Below are positions 9,697 to 20,912 of a DNA stretch of 64,000 nucleotides, piece by piece (position 1 is the first letter of the stretch; every line of letters starts with the position of its first letter). The stretch lies in the NCBI GenBank assembly GCA_964486095.1, contig CAZAMX010000001.1, forward strand, positions 3,391-67,390, read 5' to 3'. The DNA is from an uncultured Acetatifactor sp. (GTDB lineage: Bacteria; Bacillota; Clostridia; Lachnospirales; Lachnospiraceae). The notes under the pieces were generated by a model. That model was not told the origin of the DNA and searched no databases. It saw nothing but the letters and a program-made list of their open reading frames with translations. The translations under genes and the position numbers were made by a program.

Positions 9697-12642
9697 ATGA
9701 AATTGGAGTTCACAAAGGGAAATATCCCTCCCATCGTGGTGGAAAGCTGCGGCTATGAAGGCGTCAGGAGGATTGCAGGGAAGGTTGCGGAGGACATTGA
9801 AAAGGTGTCCGGCGTGAAACCTGCGGTAGTGTCGGAGCAGGAAATAACCGCAAAGGAGGGCGGCTGGATCATTTTATGTGCCACTCTGGGAAAGAGTCCC
9901 GCGCTGGATGAGCTTGCGGCAAAGGGACTGGTGGACAGGGATAAGCTGTACAAAGAAGGAAATCAGAGAAAATGGGAGGTCTATGAGATCAAAATGATTT
10001 CCCTGAAGGACGAGGAAGTCTGCGGAATCCGCCCGGAGGGAATTCTGCTGATCTGCGGCAGTGATAAGCGGGGAACGATTTACGGTATGTTTTCCCTGTC
10101 GGAATATATCGGGGTTTCTCCCCTGTGCTACTGGGGAGACGCGGAGCCGGTCCGCCGGGAGAGGCTCGTGATCGGGGAGGATATAGAAACTCTTTCCCGG
10201 GAGCCCAGCGTAAAGTACAGAGGCTTTTTTATCAATGATGAATGGCCCTGCTTCGGAAACTGGGTTATGGAGCATTTCGGAGGCTTCAATGCAGCTGCTT
10301 ACGAGCATGTTTTTGAACTTTTGCTGCGGATGAAGGGCAATTATCTGTGGCCTGCCATGTGGAGCGCTTCCTTTCCCTTAGACGGTCCCGGAAGTAAAAA
10401 TGAAGAGCTGGCGGATATTTACGGCGTAGTGATGGGATATTCTCACCATGAGCCCTGTCTTCGGGCCAGCGAAGAATGGGATCAGGTGAGAGGGGAAGGC
10501 AGCCGTTACGGAAATGAATGGAACTTTTACACCAATGAGCAGGGTCTGCTGAATTATTGGGAGGATGCTTTAAAGCGCAGCGGCGGATATGAAAACATTA
10601 TTACCATCGGCATGCGCGGGGAGCGGGACACCTCCATGCTGGGACCCGATGCTTCCCTGGGCGAAAATATCGGGCTGCTGAAGAAAATTATTACAAAGCA
10701 GAAGGAACTGATTCATCGGCATGTGAAGCGGGAGAACGGGGAGCTCCCCATGCTGCTGGCGCTGTACAAGGAAGTGGAGCCCTATTTTTACGGTGATGAG
10801 AAGACCCCGGGACTGAAGGACTGGGAAGGTCTGGAGGGCGTAACCTGCATGCTCTGCGAGGATAATTTCGGATATGTGCGCACCCTTCCCGGGGAGGACA
10901 TCCGCGGCCATAAGGGGGGATACGGCATGTATTACCACCTGGATTATCACGGCGGTCCCGTGTCTTATGAATGGGTGGACTCCACGCCCGGTACCCGCAT
11001 CTGGGAGCAGATGGGGCAGGTGTACGAGTATGGCGTCAGGGATGTGTGGATTGTGAACGTGGGCGATTTAAAGTTTCACGAGGTGTCGTTAGGTTATTTC
11101 CTGGCGCTGGCTTATGACTATGAAAAATGGGGCTACGGTAATCAGGACAGCTATGCGGAGTATGTCAGGCAGTGGACCGGACAGACGTTCCCGGCGGCGG
11201 CTCCCGCCGTCAGGGAAAAGATCGGCTGGGTGCTGAATGAGTATATCAGGCTCAACAGCCTGCGGAGGCCGGAATCCCTTCATGCCGGGATCTATCACCC
11301 CTGCCATTATGAAGAATCGGACAGGATGCTGAAGCAGGCGGAAGAGGTGGAAGCGCTGTCCATGCAGGTCAAAGAAAAGCTTGAGGGGACAGGAGAAGGC
11401 CCGGCATATTACAGTATGATTCATTATCCGGCCATGGCCAGCATGAATCTGTTGAAAATGCACCTGTATGCGGGTATGAATCATCATTATGCGGCCCAGG
11501 GAAGGCCGGCGGCCAATCTTTACGGAGAGCTGACAGGGAAGTGCATTCAGAAGGACAGGGAGCTTGCGGCGGAGTGGGCTTGCTTCAAGGAAGGTAAATG
11601 GAACGGTATGCAGATGGCACAACATATCGGATTTACCAAATGGAACGAGGACGATTACCGTTATCCTGTAATAATGCAGGTGGAGCCGGCTCACCGCCCG
11701 CGTTTAAGCGTGTCCAGGAAGGACGACGAAAGGACAGCCACAAAGGTTTACGGGGCGCCTATGGTGATACAGGTTCCCGATTTTCAGTATGCCGGGTGCA
11801 GCCGGGTGACATTGGAAATTGCAAACGGCGGCTGCGGAAGCCTGCACTTTAAGATCACCGCCGAGGGCGGGGCGCTTCCCGGGTGGCTTACGGTATCTCC
11901 GACGGAAGGAGATGCGGAGACGCTGGAAGAGATTACGCTTACCTGTCGCAGGGAATTGCTGCCGCAGGAAGGGCAGACTGTCCGGCTGCTGATAGACGAC
12001 GGCGAGGCAAGGGTAGCCGTGGAGGTTACCGGCAGGCAGGTTCCCGGATTTGACTTAAAAGAGGCGGAGGACGGCTCTGAAAAGCTGCCGGACATGACCT
12101 TTGTGGAGAAAAACGGCGTATTTGCAATCGGCGCAGAGCATTACTGCCGGAAAACGGATACGCTGAAAGGGGCTTTTCGGAAGCTTGAGAATTACGGAAA
12201 ATTTGGCTGCGGTATGAAGGTGTTTCCCAGTACGGCCGCCTTTGCGCAGGATGAGGAAAAGCCTAAGCTGGTGTACCGTTTCCTGATTAAGGAGGCCGGG
12301 GAATATCAGGTGGAGATTCTGGCTGCGCCGTCCAATCCCCTTTTTCCCGGACAGAGCGTGAATCTGTGGGTGGCAGGCGGCAGGGAAAAAGGAAGGAAGG
12401 CTGAGCTTCTTCCGACGGATTACCGGGCCGGGGAATGCGGAGACAGCAGATGGTGCGAGGCTGCGTTAAGCCAGGAGCAGAAGACCTGTGTGACGCTTGA
12501 TTTTGCAGAGGGCGTGCAGGAGCTGACCGTCGGTGCGCTGGAAGCGGGAACGATTCCGGAAAAAATATTGATCTATAAGAAGGGCATGGTTCTTCCGGCC
12601 TCCTACCTGGGACCGGCGGAGACGGAATACATGTTATCATAA
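9697..12642 (+). CDS. GH115 xylan alpha-1,2-glucuronidase
   Basis: GSDKRGTIYG, YRGFFINDE, GNYLWPAMW, SHHEP, DNFG, YYHLDYHG, NVGDLK. Confidence 0.93.
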   Translation: MKLEFTKGNIPPIVVESCGYEGVRRIAGKVAEDIEKVSGVKPAVVSEQEITAKEGGWIILCATLGKSPALDELAAKGLVDRDKLYKEGNQRKWEVYEIKMISLKDEEVCGIRPEGILLICGSDKRGTIYGMFSLSEYIGVSPLCYWGDAEPVRRERLVIGEDIETLSREPSVKYRGFFINDEWPCFGNWVMEHFGGFNAAAYEHVFELLLRMKGNYLWPAMWSASFPLDGPGSKNEELADIYGVVMGYSHHEPCLRASEEWDQVRGEGSRYGNEWNFYTNEQGLLNYWEDALKRSGGYENIITIGMRGERDTSMLGPDASLGENIGLLKKIITKQKELIHRHVKRENGELPMLLALYKEVEPYFYGDEKTPGLKDWEGLEGVTCMLCEDNFGYVRTLPGEDIRGHKGGYGMYYHLDYHGGPVSYEWVDSTPGTRIWEQMGQVYEYGVRDVWIVNVGDLKFHEVSLGYFLALAYDYEKWGYGNQDSYAEYVRQWTGQTFPAAAPAVREKIGWVLNEYIRLNSLRRPESLHAGIYHPCHYEESDRMLKQAEEVEALSMQVKEKLEGTGEGPAYYSMIHYPAMASMNLLKMHLYAGMNHHYAAQGRPAANLYGELTGKCIQKDRELAAEWACFKEGKWNGMQMAQHIGFTKWNEDDYRYPVIMQVEPAHRPRLSVSRKDDERTATKVYGAPMVIQVPDFQYAGCSRVTLEIANGGCGSLHFKITAEGGALPGWLTVSPTEGDAETLEEITLTCRRELLPQEGQTVRLLIDDGEARVAVEVTGRQVPGFDLKEAEDGSEKLPDMTFVEKNGVFAIGAEHYCRKTDTLKGAFRKLENYGKFGCGMKVFPSTAAFAQDEEKPKLVYRFLIKEAGEYQVEILAAPSNPLFPGQSVNLWVAGGREKGRKAELLPTDYRAGECGDSRWCEAALSQEQKTCVTLDFAEGVQELTVGALEAGTIPEKILIYKKGMVLPASYLGPAETEYMLS

Positions 12643-12677
12643 CTGACAAAATCAGAAGGATGGAAGCGAGGGACAGG

Positions 12678-14087
12678 ATGGAAAAGAATACAAAAAAGCA
12701 GGCGTTTAATCCGTATCTGCCTTCCTGGGAATACATACCGGACGGGGAGCCCTATGTGTTCGGAGACAGAGTTTATGTCTACGGTTCTCACGATTTTTAT
12801 AACGGCTATGTCTTCTGCATGGGGGATTATGTTTGCTGGTCGGCTCCGGTAAACGACCTGGGAGACTGGCGTTATGAGGGTGTGATCTACCCTCGGAACG
12901 AGGACCCCTTAAATAAGGAGGGAAAGATGTGCCTTTATGCGCCGGATGTGACGGTGGGACCGGACGGAAGGTATTATCTTTATTATGTGCTGGATCATGC
13001 GCCCGTTGTTTCCGTGGCCGTCAGTGATACGCCGGCGGGAAGATACGAATTTTACGGGTATGTTCATTATCAGGACGGTATCCGCCTGGGAGAAAGGGAG
13101 GGAGACCTGCCTCAGTTTGATCCGGGTGTGTTGACGGAGGGAGAGAGGACATATCTTTATACAGGATTCTGCGGAAGGGGAGATAAGTCCAGAAAAGGAG
13201 CAATGGCCACCGTGCTGGGCAGGGATATGCTCACGGTGGAAGAGGCGCCGGTATTTATTGTGCCCGGATGTGAGTACGGACAGGGGAGCAGCTTTGAGGG
13301 CCATGAGTTTTTTGAAGCACCTTCTATTCGCAGGATCGGAGACACTTATTATTTCGTATATTCTTCTGTGGTTATGCACGAATTATGCTATGCGGTAAGC
13401 AAAACTCCCACGTCCGGATTCGTGTACGGCGGAGTGCTGGTGAGCAACTGTGATCTGCACATTGATACCTATAAGCCCGCAGACCGCCCCATGGCTTACG
13501 GCGCCAATAACCACGGCGGTATGGTAAAGATCGGGGAGGATTGGTACATCTTCTATCACCGCCACACCAATGGCAGCTGGTACAGCAGGCAGGGCTGCGC
13601 GGAGAAGATTGAAATCCTCCCGGACGGCAGGATTCTTCAGGCAGAGCTTACCTCCTGCGGCTTAAACGGCGGCCCCCTCCAGGGCCGTGGAGAATATCCG
13701 GCGTACATTGCCTGCAATTTATTCCGGGACATTCCCTCGGTTTATGTGGGTGACAGCCGGTTTCCCAAGATCATGCAGGACGGAAGGGACGGAGATGAAG
13801 AGCCGGGATATATCGGAAATATTCAGGATTCCGTGACCGCAGGCTTCAAGTACTTTGACTGCAAGAGTGTGCGGGAGATCAGGATCAAGGTAAGGGGCTA
13901 TGCGGACGGCGTCTTTGAAGTGAAAACTGCCTGGGACGGGAAAATCCTGGGGGCAGTTAAAGTGAATTATTCCAATGTGTGGGAGGAATATTCGGCACCG
14001 GTAAGCATTCCCGACGGTATACAAGCCATCTACCTGACCTACAGAGGAGGCGGTAACGCCAGTCTTTTGTCTTTTACTTTACTTTAA
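12678..14087 (+). CDS. GH43 glycoside hydrolase with C-terminal CBM6-like domain
   Basis: IPDGEPYVF, YAPDV, FDPG, FFEAP, NNHG; C-terminal beta-sandwich (GFKYFD); alternative start at 12660. Confidence 0.85.
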   Translation: MEKNTKKQAFNPYLPSWEYIPDGEPYVFGDRVYVYGSHDFYNGYVFCMGDYVCWSAPVNDLGDWRYEGVIYPRNEDPLNKEGKMCLYAPDVTVGPDGRYYLYYVLDHAPVVSVAVSDTPAGRYEFYGYVHYQDGIRLGEREGDLPQFDPGVLTEGERTYLYTGFCGRGDKSRKGAMATVLGRDMLTVEEAPVFIVPGCEYGQGSSFEGHEFFEAPSIRRIGDTYYFVYSSVVMHELCYAVSKTPTSGFVYGGVLVSNCDLHIDTYKPADRPMAYGANNHGGMVKIGEDWYIFYHRHTNGSWYSRQGCAEKIEILPDGRILQAELTSCGLNGGPLQGRGEYPAYIACNLFRDIPSVYVGDSRFPKIMQDGRDGDEEPGYIGNIQDSVTAGFKYFDCKSVREIRIKVRGYADGVFEVKTAWDGKILGAVKVNYSNVWEEYSAPVSIPDGIQAIYLTYRGGGNASLLSFTLL

Positions 14088-14152
14088 AATGAAAAATGAG
14101 CGGGGAAAGTTGCTGAAAACCATGAATGAATGGATGAAAGGATGAGGAAATC

Positions 14153-16198
14153 ATGAAAAACATCAAGATGAGCACAGGAATAACAACAATCATTTCCTTA
14201 GTAACTGCAGTGTGTATTTTTCTGCTGTTTTTGACAGCCAGCCGCAACATGACGCAGACTATGTGGGAGACCGCCATGGAGAATATGGAGACTTCCCTGG
14301 AGGATAGAGCTGCTATCATTGAAGAATATGTAGATAAAGCAGAAAATCTGCTGATTGCCTATGGAAAAGCGCCTGTGGTGGCGGAGCTGCTGAAAAATCC
14401 TCAGGATGCAAAAGCAGTGAGCGCTGCGCAAAGCTATACGGAGCATTTTTTTGCGGATCTGGAGGGCTGGGAAGGCATCTATATTGCCGAGTGGAATACA
14501 CATGTGCTGGCTCATTCCAATCCTAACGTGGTGGGGATTACCACCAGAGAGGGTGAGCCTTTAAAGCAGCTGCAGGACGCCATGACGGCGGCAGGAGGTA
14601 TCTATAACACGGGAATCATTATTTCTCCTGCTTCTCAGAAGCTGGCGCTGTCTCTGTACTGTCCGGTATATGATACGGACGGTAAAACGATCCTGGGCTA
14701 TGTGGGCGGCGCGCAGTTTGCCGACAGCTTAAAGACGCTGCTGGACGGACTGGACGTCAAGGGCATGGAAAGCGCCAGAAATTATATGATCAACACAGCC
14801 ACGGCGGTTCATATCTTTGACGAGGACGAGACGCGTATGGCTCAGCCCATCGAGGATAAGATGCTGCAGTCCATAGTGAATGCAGTGGCCGGCAGCGGAA
14901 AGAGCGGCGGCAGCATGGAATATATTTCCGACGAGGGAGAAGAGAGCATTGCAGTCTATAAAGCTATGCAGAAGCGTGGCTGGGCAGTGGTTTTAAGCGA
15001 CAGTCAGGCGGAAATCTATCGGGAAGCTTATACCAGCAGGAACACACTGGCGCTGATCTGTGTGGGAGCCTGGATTTTGATTGCGGTTATGACCTGGATT
15101 GCGGTCAGATTCTGTGTTAAGCCCTTAGAGACAGTGAGAAGATCCATCCTGCGCATGGAAAAGCTGGATTTAAAGGTTCCGGAGGAGCTGAAAAAGTATG
15201 TGGGCGGCAAGAGTGAGGCAGGACAGATTGCCTCGGCCATGAATTCTCTGTACAGCACACTGGGCAGTCTGGTTACCACCCTTTCAGGCTGTACGGAATC
15301 TCTGCAAATATCCTCAGGAACCATGAACGATACTACCAGAAGCCTGATCGACTATATGAGTGACAATTCTGCCACCACGGAGCAGCTGGCGGCAGGCATT
15401 GCCACCACCAACGAAGCCATCGGTAACGTGGCAGGCGAGGTGGAAAAAATATCCGAGCTGGTGGAGCATGTGGAGGACAAGGTAAAGACCGGTGACAAGA
15501 AGAGCAAGGAGCTGATCCGTATCGCGGAGGAAATGCGGGAGACGGCGGACAGCGCCCTTCAGGAGGCAGGCATTAAGATCGGGCAGAACCGTACCAATGT
15601 GGAGGCGGCTATGGTAAATCTGCAGTCTTTGACCCGTATCAACGAGATGGCCAATCAGATTTTAAGCATTGCCAGCCAGACAAATCTGCTGTCCTTAAAC
15701 GCTTCTATTGAGGCGGCAAGGGCCGGAGAGCAGGGCAGAGGCTTTGCAGTGGTGGCGCAGGAGATCGGCAATCTGGCATCTAATTCCTCCGTAACCGCCA
15801 GACAGATTTCAGATATTTGTGAAGAGATCAACAGTAATATTGCCAATGTCCAGAGCTGTGTAGACGACATTATCGGATTTATGGAAGGAGATGTATCTAA
15901 AAGATTCCAGGAGTTTGTGGATATAGCCGGCGAATACGGAAATTCCGTGGCGGACATCCGCAACACCATCAGAGAGATAGAAGCAAGCTCCAACGGTTTT
16001 GCGGATTCTGCGGCCAGCATCAGGGAACGCATGGGTGTGATTCAATCGGCGTCTCAGGAAAACGAGATCGGGGTAGGCGATATTGTGAAGAAGATCGAGT
16101 ATACCAATGCAATGGTGGAGGATTTGGAGAACGTGGGCAAAACTAACGGAGATAATGCGGGAAAGATCAGTTCTCTGGTGAACCAGTTTACGCAGTGA
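14153..16198 (+). CDS. Methyl-accepting chemotaxis protein with Cache-type sensor
   Basis: Two TM helices flanking an extracytoplasmic domain; signalling motif [30 protein letters not shown]. Confidence 0.95.
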   Translation: MKNIKMSTGITTIISLVTAVCIFLLFLTASRNMTQTMWETAMENMETSLEDRAAIIEEYVDKAENLLIAYGKAPVVAELLKNPQDAKAVSAAQSYTEHFFADLEGWEGIYIAEWNTHVLAHSNPNVVGITTREGEPLKQLQDAMTAAGGIYNTGIIISPASQKLALSLYCPVYDTDGKTILGYVGGAQFADSLKTLLDGLDVKGMESARNYMINTATAVHIFDEDETRMAQPIEDKMLQSIVNAVAGSGKSGGSMEYISDEGEESIAVYKAMQKRGWAVVLSDSQAEIYREAYTSRNTLALICVGAWILIAVMTWIAVRFCVKPLETVRRSILRMEKLDLKVPEELKKYVGGKSEAGQIASAMNSLYSTLGSLVTTLSGCTESLQISSGTMNDTTRSLIDYMSDNSATTEQLAAGIATTNEAIGNVAGEVEKISELVEHVEDKVKTGDKKSKELIRIAEEMRETADSALQEAGIKIGQNRTNVEAAMVNLQSLTRINEMANQILSIASQTNLLSLNASIEAARAGEQGRGFAVVAQEIGNLASNSSVTARQISDICEEINSNIANVQSCVDDIIGFMEGDVSKRFQEFVDIAGEYGNSVADIRNTIREIEASSNGFADSAASIRERMGVIQSASQENEIGVGDIVKKIEYTNAMVEDLENVGKTNGDNAGKISSLVNQFTQ

Positions 16199-16217
16199 GA
16201 ATTTGAAGGAGGTTTTC

Positions 16218-17753
16218 ATGGGGGAAGAGTTGAAAATCATTGTAAAAAAAGAGGACAGGGCCTTTTTTCATAATCATGTGGATTACTGCATCGGTACAGG
16301 GCGCATGGGGCTTGCCCTGACGAAGGAGTATCAGGAACAGCTGAAGCTGGTGCAGGCAGAGATCGGTTTTAAACATATCAGAGGGCATGGGCTGTTCTGC
16401 GACGATATGGCCATCTATCAGGAGTATGAGGAAAACGGAGTCAAAAAGGCGGAGTACAATTTTACCTATCTGGACCGGGTCATGGACAGTTATCTTGAAG
16501 CGGGAATCCGGCCCTTTCTGGAGCTGGGATTCATGCCGAAGAAGCTGGCAAAAGGGACGCAGGAGCTTTTTTACTGGAAGGCAAATACCACCCCGCCTAA
16601 GGATTACGGAGCATGGTGCGGCATGGTCCAGGCGCTTTTGCGGCACTTAAAGGAGCGTTACGGGGAGGACGAGGCGGTAAGCTGGCCCATTGAGGTCTGG
16701 AACGAGCCTAATCTGTGGGGCTTCTGGGAAGGCGCGGACATGCAGGAATATTTCAGACTGTTTCACCGTACCTTTGATGCCGTGAAGGAGGTGGACGAAA
16801 GGTTTCAGGTGGGAGGTCCCGCGGTCTGCGGCGGCTCCGATGAAAAGTGGATCCGCGCGTTTATGGAATATTGTCAGGAACAGAGAATTCCGGTGGACTT
16901 TATTACCAGACATCATTACACCGTCGAACAGCCTGTGGAAGAAGGACATTACGCTTATTCCGCGCTGATGGACCCGGAAGCGGGTTTTGCCAACTTAAAG
17001 ACCTCCAGAGACATTATCGACAGCTTTCCGGAGTATAAGGGCCTGCCCATTCACATTACGGAGTTTAATACCTCCTACACACCCAAGGGAGTGATTCATG
17101 ATACCAACCTGAACGCGGCCCTGATCGCACAGCAGCTGTCCCGGCTGGGGGATGTGTGCGAATCTTATTCCTACTGGACCTTCGGCGATGTGTTTGAAGA
17201 GCTGGGGGTGCCTTTTACACCCTTCCACGGAGGATTCGGACTGGTGGCGGAGGGATGTATCCCTAAGCCCACGTTCTGGACCTTTGCTTTTTACAAAAAG
17301 CTTCAGGAAAGCGGCGGCGAATGCGTGCACAAGGACGATCATACGGTGGTGTTAAGGCGCGGGGACAGCGGGTATCTGGGAATTGCCTGGAATATAGCCG
17401 GACAGGGAACGGAGCAGTTGAAAATAGAGCTGTCTCTGCCGGCGCAGAAGGAAGAGTATGCCGTTCTGACCAGAATCGTGGATGAAGAAACCTGTAATCC
17501 GCTGAAGGTATGGCATGACCTGGGGGAGCCGGCTCATTTGAGGGAAGCACAGAGAAGGCTGCTTCGGGAAGCGGCCGTGCCCCTTGTGAAAACGGGAAGA
17601 ACAAAGGCGGCAGAGGGCGCGGTATGCGTTGAGCTGGCGTTGAAAAGAAACGGTGTCGTTTATTTTGAGGTCAATGAGAGCAGGGTAGTTTCCGACAGGG
17701 GTTATGATTACAAAAAAGCAGTTTCGGAAACTCTTCGCAATCAACAAAGATGA
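16218..17753 (+). CDS. GH39 beta-xylosidase
   Basis: HIRGHGLF, PFLELGFMP, EVWNEP (acid/base), ITEFN (nucleophile), SYWTF, FHGGFGL. Confidence 0.93.
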   Translation: MGEELKIIVKKEDRAFFHNHVDYCIGTGRMGLALTKEYQEQLKLVQAEIGFKHIRGHGLFCDDMAIYQEYEENGVKKAEYNFTYLDRVMDSYLEAGIRPFLELGFMPKKLAKGTQELFYWKANTTPPKDYGAWCGMVQALLRHLKERYGEDEAVSWPIEVWNEPNLWGFWEGADMQEYFRLFHRTFDAVKEVDERFQVGGPAVCGGSDEKWIRAFMEYCQEQRIPVDFITRHHYTVEQPVEEGHYAYSALMDPEAGFANLKTSRDIIDSFPEYKGLPIHITEFNTSYTPKGVIHDTNLNAALIAQQLSRLGDVCESYSYWTFGDVFEELGVPFTPFHGGFGLVAEGCIPKPTFWTFAFYKKLQESGGECVHKDDHTVVLRRGDSGYLGIAWNIAGQGTEQLKIELSLPAQKEEYAVLTRIVDEETCNPLKVWHDLGEPAHLREAQRRLLREAAVPLVKTGRTKAAEGAVCVELALKRNGVVYFEVNESRVVSDRGYDYKKAVSETLRNQQR

Positions 17754-17776
17754 CGCTTATTTGAAAGGGGAAAACA

Positions 17777-18946
17777 GTGAATATAGATAAGAAGGAGTAT
17801 CGGAACGTATTTGCGGAGATTGGCAAAACGGAAGAGGAAATTGAAAAAAGGCTGGCGGAAATCGTGGACACCTTTTTCTACAAAGAAGGAGAGAAGGTTT
17901 ATTTCCCCGTGGGAGAAGATATGGCCTATATTGAGGATACCGGTAATCTGGATGCCAGAACGGAAGGTATGTCCTACGGCATGATGATGGCCGTACAGCT
18001 TGACATGAAAGAAGAGTTTGACCGCATCTGGAAATGGGCCAAAACCTATATGTGGATGGCGGAAGGGGAAAACGAAGGGTATTTTGCCTGGTCCTGCGGC
18101 CTTGACGGAAGTAAAAACGCTTACGGGCCCGCTCCGGACGGCGAGGAATTTTTTGCCATGGCCTTGTTCTTTGCGGCAAGCCGCTGGGGAAACGGGGAAG
18201 GCATTTTCAATTATGAGAAGGAAGCCAGAGAGATTTTAAGTGCCTGCCTGCATAAGGGAGAGAATGGCAGGCCGGGGCAGCCCATGTGGAATCATGACAA
18301 TAAGCAGATCCTGTTCGTGCCGGGATGTCCCTTTACGGATGCCTCTTACCATCTGCCTCATTTTTACGAGCTGTTTGCCTGCCGGGCAAATGAAGAGGAC
18401 CGTGAATTCTGGAAGCAGGCGGCGGAAGCCAGCAGGGAATATTTGACGAAGGCCTGCCATCCGGTAACCGGTCTGTCTCCGGAGTACGGAGAATTTGACG
18501 GAACGCCGGTAAAGAAGGTGCCCTGGACAAAAGACCGGCATGACTGGTTTTTCAGTGATTCCTACAGGACGGCGGCAAATATCGGACTGGATTACGAGTG
18601 GTTTGGCGTGGACAAAGGGCAGAGAGCGGCTGCCGAGCGGCTGCAGCATTTTCTGGGGGTGACCCGCAGTGAGGATCCCTTCCGTATCTACGAGGTGGAC
18701 GGGACCTGTGTGGATCATTCGGCGCTGCATCCGGTAGCCATTACCGCTACCACGGCTCAGAGCGTCCTTGCGGTGCCGGAGAGACTGGACGGGAAGGACG
18801 GACTTTCCGAGGCGGGAAGAACGGCGCGCATGTGGGTGGAAAAATTCTGGAATCAGCCTATGCAGACGGGAAAGTACAGATATTATGATAACTGCCTGTA
18901 TTTCTTTGCCTTTTTGGCCTTGAGCGGGAGATACAGGATCTGGTAA
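17777..18946 (+). CDS. GH8 reducing-end xylose-releasing exo-oligoxylanase (Rex-like)
   Basis: RTEGMSYGMM, PAPDGEE, TDASYHLP, SDSYR, LHP, YYDN; no signal peptide; GTG start. Confidence 0.88.
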   Translation: MNIDKKEYRNVFAEIGKTEEEIEKRLAEIVDTFFYKEGEKVYFPVGEDMAYIEDTGNLDARTEGMSYGMMMAVQLDMKEEFDRIWKWAKTYMWMAEGENEGYFAWSCGLDGSKNAYGPAPDGEEFFAMALFFAASRWGNGEGIFNYEKEAREILSACLHKGENGRPGQPMWNHDNKQILFVPGCPFTDASYHLPHFYELFACRANEEDREFWKQAAEASREYLTKACHPVTGLSPEYGEFDGTPVKKVPWTKDRHDWFFSDSYRTAANIGLDYEWFGVDKGQRAAAERLQHFLGVTRSEDPFRIYEVDGTCVDHSALHPVAITATTAQSVLAVPERLDGKDGLSEAGRTARMWVEKFWNQPMQTGKYRYYDNCLYFFAFLALSGRYRIW

Positions 18947-18977
18947 GGCGGATTGCATACGTAAGGGGGGCAGAAAG

Positions 18978-20825
18978 ATGGCATATTTATTAAACTATAC
19001 ACGGGAGCCCATGGACGGGATGATCTACGGTCCCAGGCTGGCATACAGCATGCACCTGGCGGTCAGCAGGGACGGAAAGAGCTATCAGGCTTTGAATCAT
19101 AACAGCGGCGTACTGTTTGTAAAAGCAACGGAGAATGAGGATGGTTCCTTAAATCCCAAAAGCCTGAAAAATCCATGGCTGTTTGTGCTGCCGGATCATC
19201 GCTTCGGGGTGGCGGCGGTCAGAATTGAGGGGGACGGCGGAGAAGATCCCGAGAGCAAAGGATGCGTAGTTCTCTTTACCTCCAAGGACCTGCTGGAATA
19301 CAAAGAAATAGGGCTGTTGAAGCTGGGTACGGAATACATAGATAAAATATACTGTACTTTTTCCCAAGAGAGCGGCTGCATCCGGCTGGAATGGCGGGAA
19401 CAGACAGGTAACTGTTTTACGGCCGGAATGCGGCGGCCGGAGGATCTTGTACTTGCGGGTGCGCCGGAGCCTCTGAAGGAACTTTTGCCGGCAAGCTGCT
19501 TGTTTGAAGGCAGTGAACCAAAGGATTTGGGGATAGAAGGGGCAGTACCCCAAACAAGACTGGAGATTATGGAAGAAGCAGGGGAAGCTTGGGGGAGCGG
19601 GATTCCTGCCGATATTGCCGACAGATTATGTAAAAAGCTGCTGACGCCTGTAAATACGGGGATTCTTTTCCCTGACCAGGTGGAGGCCGATACCAAAGAG
19701 AAGCTGGAGCAGTACCGGGCGGAGGCCGTTTACAGCGACGGGACCAAAGCTTTCAAGCGGGTAGACTGGGATTTATCCCAGGTGGATTTCGGGAAAAAGG
19801 GAGTTTACAAGATTCAGGGAAAGGTCCGTCGGGAGCACTTTGCCTTTCCGGTGGCGTATAACCGCGCGGACCCCTGTATCGGCAGATGGAACGGAAAGTA
19901 TTATTTTATTGCCACGAATGACGCAGATAACAATCACACTCTTTATGTCAGGGAGGCGGACACGATCCCTGAGCTTGCGGAGGCCGAAGAGCATCTGATT
20001 TTGGACAGCAGTACCCATCCGGGAATCGGCGGCTTACTGTGGGCGCCGGAGTTTCATGAGATTAACGGCAGGCTTTTTATTTTCCATGCGGCGACCCCCG
20101 GGGAATTTTTCTGGGAGGAAAGTCATGTGATGGAGCTTCGGGCAGGAGGCAATCCCGCCTGCAGAGCGGACTGGTCGGCACCCAGGCGGGTGGTGAAGGC
20201 GGACGGCAGCAATATCTGTGAGGCCGGGAAGGAGATTACTCTGGACATGACCTGTTTTGAGTGGCAGGGAGAGTGGTATGCGGTTTGGTCTCAAAGACAG
20301 TTCCTGCCCAAGGATCTGGGAGCATGGCTCTATATTGCAAAGCTGGACCCGGAGAGCCCCTGGCGGCTTCTCACGGAGCCGGTGGTTTTGTCCAAGCCGG
20401 AGTACGGCTGGGCCAACAATCATACCTTCGTGGATGAGGGCCCCTTTGCCCTGCCCGGGGAGGATAAGCTGTATCTGACCTTTTCCAGCGCGGCGGTGGA
20501 TGCTTCCTATGTGGTGGGGCTGTTGTCGATCAGGAAGGATGCGGATCTGCTGGAGCCGAAAAACTGGAAGAAAAACAATTACCCCATCCTGACCTCCAGA
20601 AGTGTGGAGGGAGAGTTCGGCACGGGCCATAACGCTTATGTAACAGACGAGGACGGGAACGTGTGGAATACCTATCACGCAAGACCGGGAGTGGACGGTG
20701 TGCGCAGCAGCGGAATCAGAAGAGTTCATTTTGATATTGACGGAGAGCCGGTGCTGGACCTGACGGAGGAGAACGACGTCAGGGAAGAATACCGCGTGAT
20801 CAGGACCAGTCTGGTAATAAAATAG
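18978..20825 (+). CDS. GH43 alpha-L-arabinofuranosidase/xylosidase with N-terminal extension and Ig-like linker
   Basis: RADP, LWAPE, TLD, VDEGP, GTGHN; preceded by Ig-like YSDGT..VDWD..GVYKIQG segment. Confidence 0.85.
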   Translation: MAYLLNYTREPMDGMIYGPRLAYSMHLAVSRDGKSYQALNHNSGVLFVKATENEDGSLNPKSLKNPWLFVLPDHRFGVAAVRIEGDGGEDPESKGCVVLFTSKDLLEYKEIGLLKLGTEYIDKIYCTFSQESGCIRLEWREQTGNCFTAGMRRPEDLVLAGAPEPLKELLPASCLFEGSEPKDLGIEGAVPQTRLEIMEEAGEAWGSGIPADIADRLCKKLLTPVNTGILFPDQVEADTKEKLEQYRAEAVYSDGTKAFKRVDWDLSQVDFGKKGVYKIQGKVRREHFAFPVAYNRADPCIGRWNGKYYFIATNDADNNHTLYVREADTIPELAEAEEHLILDSSTHPGIGGLLWAPEFHEINGRLFIFHAATPGEFFWEESHVMELRAGGNPACRADWSAPRRVVKADGSNICEAGKEITLDMTCFEWQGEWYAVWSQRQFLPKDLGAWLYIAKLDPESPWRLLTEPVVLSKPEYGWANNHTFVDEGPFALPGEDKLYLTFSSAAVDASYVVGLLSIRKDADLLEPKNWKKNNYPILTSRSVEGEFGTGHNAYVTDEDGNVWNTYHARPGVDGVRSSGIRRVHFDIDGEPVLDLTEENDVREEYRVIRTSLVIK

Positions 20826-20852
20826 GCTGCTGCGGAGCGGCTGAAAAAACAG

Positions 20853-20894
20853 AGCAAAATGTGAGAAGAAATAAAAGGCTTTGTATGATAATGT
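20853..20894 (+). promoter_or_regulatory. Possible internal promoter for GH3 with the shared AGCAA motif
   Basis: AGCAA 20853, TGa-TAATGT 36 bp later (20889); upstream half-site not conserved. Confidence 0.4.
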
Positions 20895-20912
20895 ATTCGC
20901 AACAAAATACAA

